DNA of 64,000 nucleotides from Escherichia coli (GTDB lineage Bacteria; Pseudomonadota; Gammaproteobacteria; Enterobacterales; Enterobacteriaceae): NCBI RefSeq assembly GCF_030013595.1, contig NZ_CP122768.1; one strand, 5' to 3'. Shown piece by piece: positions 55,334 to 64,000 of this stretch (position 1 is its first letter; each line of letters starts with the position of its first letter). The notes under the pieces were generated by a model. It saw only the letters and a program-made list of their open reading frames with translations, ran no database searches and was not told where the DNA came from. The position numbers and the translations under genes were made by a program.

Positions 55334-56570
55334 ATGGAATTTACCACCGGATTGATGTCGCTCGACACCGCGCTTAATGAGATGCTTTCTCGCGTCACCC
55401 CACTGACCGCCCAGGAAACGCTGCCACTGGTACAGTGTTTTGGTCGTATTCTGGCGAGCGATGTCGTTTCGCCGCTTGATGTTCCGGGGTTTGATAACTC
55501 CGCAATGGACGGCTACGCGGTGCGTTTAGCCGATATTGCCTCCGGGCAACCGCTGCCCGTTGCCGGTAAATCCTTTGCCGGTCAGCCGTACCATGGTGAA
55601 TGGCCTGCGGGTACCTGCATTCGTATTATGACCGGTGCGCCGGTGCCAGAAGGCTGCGAAGCGGTGGTCATGCAGGAACAGACTGAACAAACGGACAATG
55701 GCGTGCGTTTTACTGCTGAAGTGCGTAGCGGGCAAAATATTCGCCGTCGCGGTGAAGATATCTCTGCGGATGCGGTTGTTTTCCCGGCGGGAACACGCCT
55801 GACTACCGCAGAGCTGCCAGTAATTGCTTCACTGGGGATTGCCGAAGTTCCGGTGATTCGTAAAGTGCGTGTAGCGCTGTTTTCTACCGGTGATGAACTC
55901 CAGTTGCCAGGCCAGCCGCTGGGCGACGGCCAAATCTACGATACCAACCGTCTCGCCGTACACCTGATGTTAGAACAGCTGGGATGCGAGGTAATCAACT
56001 TAGGGATTATCCGCGACGATCCCCATGCCCTGCGCGCCGCTTTTATTGAAGCCGACAGCCAGGCGGATGTGGTGATCAGTTCCGGCGGTGTTTCAGTGGG
56101 TGAAGCGGATTACACCAAAACCATTCTTGAAGAGCTGGGGGAGATCGCCTTCTGGAAGCTGGCGATTAAACCAGGTAAAACCGTTCGCGTTCGGAAAACT
56201 TTCTAATAGCTGGTTCTGCGGCCTGCCGGGCAACCCGGTTTCAGCGACGCTGACCTTCTATCAACTGGTACAGCCTTTGCTGGCAAAACTAAGCGGCAAT
56301 ACCGCCAGCGGCCTGCCCGCGCGCCAGCGTGTGCGCACGGCATCGCCTCTGAAGAAATCGCCAGGACGCCTTGATTTCCAGCGCGGCGTGCTGCAACGCA
56401 ACGCCGATGGCGAACTGGAAGTGACGACCACCGGACATCAGGGTTCACATATATTTAGCTCCTTTAGCCTCGGTAACTGCTTTATCGTGCTGGAGCGCGA
56501 TCGCGGCAATGTTGAAGCGGGCGAATGGGTGGAAGTAGAACCGTTTAACGCGTTGTTCGGAGGCCTGTAA
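55334..56570 (+). pseudogene. moeA: moeA (molybdopterin molybdotransferase) with a +1 frameshift in the A-run at about 56177-56180; track ORFs 55334..56206 and 56088..56570 are its two halves
   Basis: ORF1 ends ...[21 protein letters not shown]2 in the +1 frame continues ...[25 protein letters not shown]... to the MoeA C-terminus; removing one A from ggtAAAAccg restores [13 protein letters not shown], matching remembered MoeA. Confidence 0.75.
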
Positions 56571-57319
56571 TGGCGGAACTCAGCGATCAGGAGATGCTGC
56601 GCTACAACCGGCAAATCATTCTGCGCGGTTTTGATTTTGACGGTCAGGAGGCGCTAAAAGATTCTCGTGTGCTGATCGTCGGCCTCGGTGGACTCGGCTG
56701 TGCAGCTTCGCAGTATCTGGCAAGCGCCGGTGTCGGCAACCTGACGCTGCTCGACTTCGACACGGTTTCGCTCTCGAATCTGCAACGCCAGACGCTGCAC
56801 AGCGATGCCACGGTCGGGCAACCGAAGGTGGAATCCGCCCGTGACGCCCTGACGCGGATCAACCCACATATCGCGATTACGCCAGTCAATGCGCTGCTTG
56901 ATGACGCTGAACTTGCTGCGATGATTGCAAAACACGATCTGGTGCTCGACTGTACGGATAACGTTGCGGTACGTAATCAACTGAACGCAGGCTGTTTTGC
57001 CGCGAAGGTGCCGCTGGTTTCCGGCGCGGCAATTCGTATGGAAGGTCAAATCACGGTCTTCACTTATCAGGACGGCGAACCGTGCTATCGCTGCCTTAGC
57101 CGTTTGTTTGGCGAGAACGCGTTAACCTGCGTAGAAGCAGGCGTGATGGCACCGTTGATCGGCGTAATTGGTTCGTTGCAGGCAATGGAAGCGATCAAAC
57201 TGCTGGCAGGTTATGGCAAACCGGCCAGCGGGAAAATCGTCATGTACGATGCGATGACCTGTCAGTTTCGTGAAATGAAACTGATGCGCAATCCGGGGTG
57301 TGAGGTGTGCGGGCAGTAA
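56570..57319 (+). CDS. moeB: Molybdopterin-synthase adenylyltransferase MoeB
   Basis: 249-aa ORF MAELSDQEMLRYNRQIILRGFDFDGQEALKDSRVLIVGLGGLGCAASQYLA...; start overlaps the moeA stop (TAATG). Confidence 0.96.
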   Translation: MAELSDQEMLRYNRQIILRGFDFDGQEALKDSRVLIVGLGGLGCAASQYLASAGVGNLTLLDFDTVSLSNLQRQTLHSDATVGQPKVESARDALTRINPHIAITPVNALLDDAELAAMIAKHDLVLDCTDNVAVRNQLNAGCFAAKVPLVSGAAIRMEGQITVFTYQDGEPCYRCLSRLFGENALTCVEAGVMAPLIGVIGSLQAMEAIKLLAGYGKPASGKIVMYDAMTCQFREMKLMRNPGCEVCGQ

Positions 57320-57406
57320 TTGCCTCCTCCAGGCCTGATAAGACGTGGCAGGCATCGGTGCACTCCGCCACGTCATCAGCAATTTATGAGGATGCAGAAC
57401 GTCCGG

Positions 57407-58069
57407 TTAAATCGACGTTCTGCCAAACGCTCCCTGCCAGTCCTGCTCAAACTTCGCCACAGCGGCATCAACCGCCGGATAGCTAATCATCTGTTGTGCC
57501 ACATCCAGCGGCAGAGTAATTGATTCACACCCTGCCAGTAAGCAGTCCAGCGCCTGACGCGGGGTTTTGAAACTCGCGGCTAACACTTTCGCCTGCGGCG
57601 CATGCATTTTCAATAACTGGTGTAAGTCGGTCACAGTCTGAATACCGCTACCGCCCTGAGCATCAATACGATTAACGTAAGGCGCAACATATTCCGCACC
57701 TGCCAGCGCCGACAGCAGCCCTTGTGCCGCGCCATATACCGCGGTTCCCAGCGTCGGAATCCCTTCCGCTTTTAACATCTTAATAGCTGCCAGCCCCTCG
57801 GCGGTCACCGGAACTTTCACCACGATATCCGCAATAATAGAACGCAATTTACGTGCGTCATTCACCATCCCTTCAGCAGTGGTAGCCATTACCTGGGCAA
57901 ACAGACGCCCCTGACCGCCCATCGCCTCGTGAAGTTGCGGAAGCACAACCTCCAGCGGTTTTTTACCCGCTGCGATAATGCTTGGGTTAGTGGTTACACC
58001 CGCCAGCGGAAAAATACGTGACAGCGCCTTCACCGCAACAACGTCTGAAGTATCCAGATACAGTTCCAT
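57407..58069 (-). CDS. fsaA: Fructose-6-phosphate aldolase 1
   Basis: ORF 57407..58141; ATG 58069 gives [36 protein letters not shown], 220 aa. Confidence 0.95.
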   Translation of the reverse strand: MELYLDTSDVVAVKALSRIFPLAGVTTNPSIIAAGKKPLEVVLPQLHEAMGGQGRLFAQVMATTAEGMVNDARKLRSIIADIVVKVPVTAEGLAAIKMLKAEGIPTLGTAVYGAAQGLLSALAGAEYVAPYVNRIDAQGGSGIQTVTDLHQLLKMHAPQAKVLAASFKTPRQALDCLLAGCESITLPLDVAQQMISYPAVDAAVAKFEQDWQGAFGRTSI

Positions 58070-58199
58070 AACCATCCTCAAAATGTACTTTTTGTCTGAA
58101 TGTAGACTATCACGGGAAAACTCTCTGAACAGTTGACGCACATCAATCTAACTTTCATTCGAAAGTATTTTAATGTTTGAACGAAACAGAGAGGCAACT

Positions 58200-59099
58200 A
58201 TGATTTTCAATATTCAGCGCTACTCGACCCATGATGGCCCCGGTATCCGCACGGTCGTATTTCTTAAAGGCTGTTCGCTGGGCTGCCGCTGGTGTCAGAA
58301 CCCGGAAAGCCGCGCCCGCACGCAGGATCTGCTGTATGACGCACGACTGTGTCTGGAAGGCTGCGAGCTGTGCGCTAAGGCCGCGCCGGAAGTGATTGAG
58401 CGCGCGCTGAATGGTTTGCTTATTCATCGGGAAAAGTTAACCCCGGAGCATTTTACGGCGCTAACCGACTGCTGCCCGACACAGGCGTTAACCGTGTGTG
58501 GTGAAGTGAAAAGCGTTGAGGAGATCATGGCGACCGTTCTGCGCGATAAACCGTTTTACGATCGCAGCGGCGGCGGCTTAACGCTTTCGGGCGGTGAACC
58601 GTTTATGCAGCCGGAAATGGCGACGGCGCTACTGCAAGCCAGCCACGAGGCCGGCATTCATACTGCGGTAGAAACCTGTCTGCATGTGCCGTGGAAATAT
58701 ATCGCCCCTTCTCTGCCCTATATCGATCTGTTTCTTGCCGATTTAAAACACGTTGCCGACGCGCCGTTTAAACAGTGGACCGACGGTAACGCCGCCAGAG
58801 TGCTGGATAACCTGAAAAAACTCGCCGCAGCGGGCAAAAAAATCATTATCCGCGTGCCACTGATTCAGGGCTTTAATGCCGACGAAACCTCTGTGAAAGC
58901 CATTACCGATTTTGCCGCCGACGAGCTGCACGTTGGCGAAATCCATTTCCTGCCCTACCACACGCTGGGCATCAACAAATATCACTTACTTAATCTGCCC
59001 TATGACGCCCCGGAACAACCGCTTGATGCGCCAGAACTGCTCGACTTTGCCCAGCAGTATGCCTGCCAGAAAGGGTTAACCGCGACCTTACGAGGATAA
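58200..59099 (+). CDS. pflE: Glycyl-radical-enzyme activating protein PflE (YbiY), radical SAM
   Basis: ORF 58173..59099; ATG 58200 gives [36 protein letters not shown], 299 aa. Confidence 0.94.
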   Translation: MIFNIQRYSTHDGPGIRTVVFLKGCSLGCRWCQNPESRARTQDLLYDARLCLEGCELCAKAAPEVIERALNGLLIHREKLTPEHFTALTDCCPTQALTVCGEVKSVEEIMATVLRDKPFYDRSGGGLTLSGGEPFMQPEMATALLQASHEAGIHTAVETCLHVPWKYIAPSLPYIDLFLADLKHVADAPFKQWTDGNAARVLDNLKKLAAAGKKIIIRVPLIQGFNADETSVKAITDFAADELHVGEIHFLPYHTLGINKYHLLNLPYDAPEQPLDAPELLDFAQQYACQKGLTATLRG

Positions 59100-59104
59100 C
59101 AACC

Positions 59105-61537
59105 ATGACCACACTGAAACTGGACACGCTCAGCGATCGCATTAAAGCGCACAAAAATGCGCTGGTGCATATTGTGAAACCGCCGGTCTGTACCGAGCGC
59201 GCGCAGCACTATACCGAGATGTATCAACAACATCTCGACAAGCCCATTCCGGTACGTCGCGCGCTGGCACTGGCGCATCACCTGGCAAATCGCACCATCT
59301 GGATCAAGCACGATGAGTTGATCATTGGCAACCAGGCAAGCGAAGTTCGCGCCGCGCCGATCTTCCCGGAATATACTGTCTCATGGATCGAAAAAGAGAT
59401 CGATGATCTGGCAGATCGTCCCGGTGCTGGCTTTGCGGTGAGCGAAGAGAACAAACGCGTTCTGCATGAAGTGTGCCCGTGGTGGCGCGGTCAGACCGTA
59501 CAGGATCGCTGCTACGGCATGTTTACCGATGAGCAAAAAGGTCTGCTGGCGACCGGCATCATTAAAGCGGAAGGCAATATGACCTCCGGCGATGCGCACC
59601 TGGCGGTCAATTTCCCGCTGCTGCTGGAAAAAGGGCTTGATGGTCTGCGCGAGAAAGTAGCGGAACGTCGCTCGCGCATCAACCTGACGGTGCTGGAAGA
59701 TTTACATGGCGAGCAATTCCTGAAAGCGATTGATATCGTGCTGGTAGCGGTCAGTGAACACATTGAACGTTTCGCTGCCCTGGCGCGTGAAATGGCCGCG
59801 ACCGAAACTCGCGAAAGCCGTCGCGATGAGCTGCTGGCGATAGCAGAAAACTGCGATCTTATCGCCCACCAACCGCCGCAGACTTTCTGGCAGGCGCTGC
59901 AACTGTGTTACTTCATCCAGTTGATTTTGCAGATTGAATCTAACGGTCACTCGGTATCGTTTGGTCGTATGGACCAGTATCTCTACCCGTACTATCGCCG
60001 CGACGTTGAACTGAACCAGACACTGGATCGCGAACACGCCATCGAGATGCTGCATAGCTGCTGGTTGAAACTGCTGGAAGTGAACAAAATCCGCTCCGGC
60101 TCACACTCAAAAGCCTCTGCGGGAAGTCCGCTGTATCAGAACGTCACTATTGGCGGGCAAAATCTGGTTGATGGTCAACCAATGGACGCGGTGAATCCAC
60201 TCTCTTACGCGATCCTCGAATCCTGCGGTCGCCTGCGTTCCACTCAGCCTAACCTCAGCGTGCGTTACCATGCAGGAATGAGCAACGATTTCCTCGACGC
60301 CTGCGTACAGGTGATCCGTTGCGGCTTCGGGATGCCGGCGTTCAACAACGACGAAATCGTGATCCCGGAATTTATTAAACTCGGTATTGAACCGCAGGAC
60401 GCTTACGACTATGCAGCGATTGGTTGTATCGAAACCGCCGTCGGTGGCAAATGGGGCTATCGCTGTACCGGCATGAGCTTTATCAACTTCGCCCGCGTGA
60501 TGCTGGCGGCGCTGGAAGGCGGTCGTGATGCCACCAGCGGCAAAGTGTTCCTGCCACAAGAAAAAGCGTTGTCGGCGGGTAACTTCAACAACTTCGATGA
60601 AGTAATGGACGCATGGGATACGCAAATCCGTTACTACACGCGTAAATCAATCGAAATCGAATATGTCGTTGACACCATGCTGGAGGAGAACGTGCACGAT
60701 ATTCTCTGCTCGGCGCTGGTGGATGACTGTATTGAGCGAGCAAAAAGTATCAAGCAAGGCGGCGCGAAATATGACTGGGTTTCTGGCCTGCAGGTCGGCA
60801 TTGCCAACCTCGGCAACAGCCTGGCGGCAGTGAAGAAACTGGTGTTTGAACAGGGCGCGATTGGTCAGCAACAACTGGCTGCCGCACTGGCGGATGACTT
60901 CGACGGCCTGACTCACGAGCAACTGCGTCAGCGGCTGATTAACGGCGCGCCGAAGTACGGCAACGACGACGATACTGTCGATACGCTGCTGGCTCGCGCT
61001 TATCAGACCTATATCGACGAACTGAAACAGTACCATAACCCGCGCTACGGTCGTGGTCCGGTTGGCGGCAATTATTACGCGGGTACGTCGTCTATCTCCG
61101 CTAACGTACCGTTTGGCGCGCAAACTATGGCAACGCCGGACGGACGTAAAGCGCATACCCCGCTGGCAGAAGGCGCAAGCCCGGCCTCCGGTACTGACCA
61201 TCTTGGCCCTACCGCGGTCATTGGCTCGGTGGGTAAACTGCCTACGGCCGCGATTCTCGGCGGCGTGCTGCTCAACCAGAAACTGAATCCAGCAACGCTG
61301 GAGAACGAATCTGACAAGCAGAAACTGATGATCCTGCTGCGCACCTTCTTCGAGGTGCATAAAGGCTGGCATATTCAGTACAACATCGTTTCCCGCGAAA
61401 CGCTGCTGGAAGCGAAAAAATATCCGGATCAGTACCGCGATCTGGTAGTGCGTGTCGCGGGCTATTCCGCCTTCTTCACCGCGCTCTCTCCAGACGCTCA
61501 GGACGATATCATCGCCCGTACTGAACATATGCTGTAA
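59105..61537 (+). CDS. pflF: Putative glycyl-radical enzyme PflF (YbiW), pyruvate formate-lyase-like
   Basis: 810-aa ORF MTTLKLDTLSDRIKAHKNALVHIVKPPVCTERAQ...; C-terminal glycyl-radical motif region VRVAGYSAFF. Confidence 0.96.
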   Translation: MTTLKLDTLSDRIKAHKNALVHIVKPPVCTERAQHYTEMYQQHLDKPIPVRRALALAHHLANRTIWIKHDELIIGNQASEVRAAPIFPEYTVSWIEKEIDDLADRPGAGFAVSEENKRVLHEVCPWWRGQTVQDRCYGMFTDEQKGLLATGIIKAEGNMTSGDAHLAVNFPLLLEKGLDGLREKVAERRSRINLTVLEDLHGEQFLKAIDIVLVAVSEHIERFAALAREMAATETRESRRDELLAIAENCDLIAHQPPQTFWQALQLCYFIQLILQIESNGHSVSFGRMDQYLYPYYRRDVELNQTLDREHAIEMLHSCWLKLLEVNKIRSGSHSKASAGSPLYQNVTIGGQNLVDGQPMDAVNPLSYAILESCGRLRSTQPNLSVRYHAGMSNDFLDACVQVIRCGFGMPAFNNDEIVIPEFIKLGIEPQDAYDYAAIGCIETAVGGKWGYRCTGMSFINFARVMLAALEGGRDATSGKVFLPQEKALSAGNFNNFDEVMDAWDTQIRYYTRKSIEIEYVVDTMLEENVHDILCSALVDDCIERAKSIKQGGAKYDWVSGLQVGIANLGNSLAAVKKLVFEQGAIGQQQLAAALADDFDGLTHEQLRQRLINGAPKYGNDDDTVDTLLARAYQTYIDELKQYHNPRYGRGPVGGNYYAGTSSISANVPFGAQTMATPDGRKAHTPLAEGASPASGTDHLGPTAVIGSVGKLPTAAILGGVLLNQKLNPATLENESDKQKLMILLRTFFEVHKGWHIQYNIVSRETLLEAKKYPDQYRDLVVRVAGYSAFFTALSPDAQDDIIARTEHML

Positions 61538-61682
61538 TCTCCTCAGCCCGGCGGCGGCGTCGCCGGGCTAAATCATTCACATCATCAATTTCAGCCTCGC
61601 TTTCATTCGAAATATAATTTGTGCTCTGCGTCACATTGTTATTACACTGTTACGGTTTCATTTTCGAGCCAGGAGCACACCT

Positions 61683-62498
61683 ATGAGCGTAAAAGTTATC
61701 GTCACAGACATGGACGGTACTTTTCTTAACGACGCCAAAACGTACAACCAACCACGTTTTATGGCGCAATATCAGGAACTGAAAAAGCGCGGCATTGAGT
61801 TCGTTGTCGCTAGCGGTAATCAGTATTACCAGCTTATTTCGTTCTTTCCTGAGCTAAAGGATGAGATCTCTTTTGTCGCGGAAAACGGCGCACTGGTTTA
61901 CGAACATGGCAAGCAACTGTTCCACGGCGAACTGACCCGACATGAATCGCGGATTGTTATTGGCGAGTTGCTAAAAGATAAGCAACTCAATTTTGTCGCC
62001 TGCGGTCTGCAAAGTGCATATGTCAGCGAAAACGCCCCCGAAGCATTCGTCGCACTGATGGCAAAACACTACCATCGCCTGAAACCTGTAAAAGATTATC
62101 AGGAGATTGACGACGTACTGTTCAAGTTTTCGCTCAACCTGCCGGATGAACAAATCCCGTTAGTGATCGACAAACTGCACATAGCGCTGGATGGCATTAT
62201 GAAACCCGTTACCAGTGGTTTTGGCTTTATCGACCTGATTATTCCCGGTCTACATAAAGCAAACGGTATTTCGCGGTTACTGAAACGCTGGGATCTGTCG
62301 CCGCAAAATGTGGTAGCGATTGGCGACAGCGGTAACGATGCGGAGATGCTGAAAATGGCGCGTTATTCCTTTGCAATGGGGAATGCTGCGGAAAACATTA
62401 AACAAATCGCCCGTTACGCTACCGATGATAATAATCATGAAGGCGCGCTGAACGTGATTCAGGCGGTGCTGGATAACACATCCCCTTTTAACAGCTGA
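61683..62498 (+). CDS. ybiV: HAD-family sugar phosphatase YbiV
   Basis: 271-aa [53 protein letters not shown]... Confidence 0.95.
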   Translation: MSVKVIVTDMDGTFLNDAKTYNQPRFMAQYQELKKRGIEFVVASGNQYYQLISFFPELKDEISFVAENGALVYEHGKQLFHGELTRHESRIVIGELLKDKQLNFVACGLQSAYVSENAPEAFVALMAKHYHRLKPVKDYQEIDDVLFKFSLNLPDEQIPLVIDKLHIALDGIMKPVTSGFGFIDLIIPGLHKANGISRLLKRWDLSPQNVVAIGDSGNDAEMLKMARYSFAMGNAAENIKQIARYATDDNNHEGALNVIQAVLDNTSPFNS

Positions 62499-62649
62499 CC
62501 TCTCTACCGGAGCCATGCGCTCCGGTTTTCCCTTCTTTTTACATCCTGTACATCACATCAAATCATTAAACTTGCATTAACTTATTTATAACTTATATTG
62601 TCACATGCAAATCATAATAGTTTCGAATGAAAGTTAATGCGAGGTGGTT

Positions 62650-63915
62650 ATGGCTTCTACTTTTACCAGCGACACATTGCCTGCCGATCACAAAGCAGCT
62701 ATCCGTCAGATGAAGCACGCGCTGCGGGCACAGCTTGGCGACGTCCAGCAGATCTTTAATCAGCTAAGCGATGACATTGCTACGCGAGTGGCTGAAATCA
62801 ACGCACTCAAAGCACAGGGCGATGCCGTCTGGCCGGTGCTGTCTTATGCCGATATCAAAGCAGGTCATGTTACTGCAGAGCAGCGCGAACAGATTAAACG
62901 TCGCGGTTGTGCGGTGATAAAAGGCCATTTCCCCCGCGAACAAGCGCTAGGCTGGGATCAGTCGATGCTGGACTATCTGGACCGCAACCGCTTTGACGAG
63001 GTCTACAAAGGCCCCGGCGATAATTTCTTCGGGACGCTCAGCGCTTCACGTCCCGAGATTTACCCCATCTACTGGTCGCAGGCGCAAATGCAGGCCCGCC
63101 AGAGTGAAGAAATGGCGAATGTGCAGTCGTTTCTCAATCGTCTGTGGACATTTGAAAGTGATGGAAAGCAATGGTTTAACCCGGATGTGAGCGTCATCTA
63201 CCCTGACCGTATCCGCCGCCGTCCGCCCGGAACGACCTCCAAAGGTCTTGGAGCGCATACCGACTCCGGGGCGCTGGAACGCTGGCTGCTTCCAGCGTAT
63301 CAGCACGTTTTCGCCAACGTCTTTAATGGCAATCTGGCGAAATACGATCCCTGGCATGCGGCACATCGTACGGAAGTTGAAGAGTACACGGTGGACAACA
63401 CCACCAAATGTTCCGTGTTTCGGACATTCCAGGGCTGGACAGCGCTCTCTGATATGCTGCCTGGTCAGGGGCTGCTGCACGTCGTGCCCATTCCTGAAGC
63501 CATGGCGTACGTACTGTTACGTCCGCTGCTTGATGATGTGCCGGAGGATGAACTGTGCGGCGTAGCGCCCGGAAGAGTATTGCCGGTATCAGAGCAATGG
63601 CATCCACTGTTGATTGAGGCGTTAACCAGCATTCCAAAACTCGAAGCCGGAGACTCCGTCTGGTGGCACTGCGACGTCATCCATTCCGTTGCCCCCGTTG
63701 AAAATCAACAGGGCTGGGGCAACGTGATGTACATTCCTGCGGCACCGATGTGCGAGAAAAATCTTGCCTACGCGCACAAGGTGAAGGCCGCACTGGAAAA
63801 AGGCGCATCGCCGGGCGACTTCCCGCGCGAGGACTATGAAACAAACTGGGAAGGACGCTTTACGCTTGCCGACCTCAACATTCACGGTAAGCGAGCGTTG
63901 GGAATCGACAGCTGA
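62650..63915 (+). CDS. ybiU: YbiU, DUF1479 family protein
   Basis: ORF 62644..63915; ATG 62650 gives MASTFTSDTLPADHKAAIRQMKHALRAQLGD, 421 aa. Confidence 0.93.
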   Translation: MASTFTSDTLPADHKAAIRQMKHALRAQLGDVQQIFNQLSDDIATRVAEINALKAQGDAVWPVLSYADIKAGHVTAEQREQIKRRGCAVIKGHFPREQALGWDQSMLDYLDRNRFDEVYKGPGDNFFGTLSASRPEIYPIYWSQAQMQARQSEEMANVQSFLNRLWTFESDGKQWFNPDVSVIYPDRIRRRPPGTTSKGLGAHTDSGALERWLLPAYQHVFANVFNGNLAKYDPWHAAHRTEVEEYTVDNTTKCSVFRTFQGWTALSDMLPGQGLLHVVPIPEAMAYVLLRPLLDDVPEDELCGVAPGRVLPVSEQWHPLLIEALTSIPKLEAGDSVWWHCDVIHSVAPVENQQGWGNVMYIPAAPMCEKNLAYAHKVKAALEKGASPGDFPREDYETNWEGRFTLADLNIHGKRALGIDS

Positions 63916-64000
63916 GTATCGTACAGCCCTTCCCGTTCCACGGCGGTGTTCCCTTTTCCTGGGCGAACCCGCCGCACTGACTCCCGCACCGCCAATCGTC

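Noticed and set aside
55334-56570. Two separate genes (55334..56206 and 56088..56570) instead of moeA
   Set aside because: The two ORFs are consecutive parts of one MoeA protein, separated only by a 1-nt insertion in an A-run; treating them as two genes would be an annotation artefact.
60647-61528. 293-aa minus-strand ORF antisense to pflF
   Set aside because: Embedded antisense in the 810-aa pflF gene; low-complexity Arg/Ala-rich translation; shadow ORF.
1-64000. CRISPR arrays, prophage or integrase genes, tRNA or rRNA genes
   Set aside because: No short direct repeats with regular spacers, no integrase or phage structural ORFs, and no tRNA-like or rRNA sequences were found on reading the window; the only RNA genes supported are RybB and the IS10 RNA-OUT.

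Overview
This window is a syntenic Escherichia coli chromosomal segment, recognised by reading the ORF-track proteins against remembered K-12 proteins; no database search was run. It corresponds to the K-12 region ybiU to ybjD (roughly b0821-b0876) in inverted orientation, with gene order ybjD, aqpZ, lysO, hcp-hcr, poxB, ltaE, ybjT, ybjS, amiD, ybjQ, ybjP, artPIQM, artJ, rlmC, ybjO, potIHGF, ybjN, rimK, nfsA, ybjC, grxA, ybjM, ybjL, rybB, rcdA, ybjJ, ybjI, ybjH, mdfA, ybjG, deoR, dacC, gstB, yliI, bssR, rimO, dgcI, pdeI, gsiDCBA, iaaA, moeA, moeB, fsaA, pflE, pflF, ybiV, ybiU. Against that backbone I see six departures. (1) An AT-rich ~2.6 kb island between ybjQ and ybjP encodes a 600-aa protein with a period-5 (pentapeptide-repeat) segment; this is the best candidate for something undescribed. 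(2) A complete 1329-bp IS10 with a perfect 9-bp target duplication interrupts nfsA. (3) A ~0.9 kb islet between rimO and dgcI carries an overlapping two-gene toxin-antitoxin-like module preceded by a palindromic operator. (4) moeA has a +1 frameshift in an A-run. (5) potI and (6) ybjL each carry an in-frame amber (TAG) codon. Gene starts were set by offsetting the ORF-track coordinates in whole codons; sites I counted by hand (terminators, operators, IS ends) may be off by 1-2 nt. Comparisons to K-12 rest on memory and need alignment to confirm.
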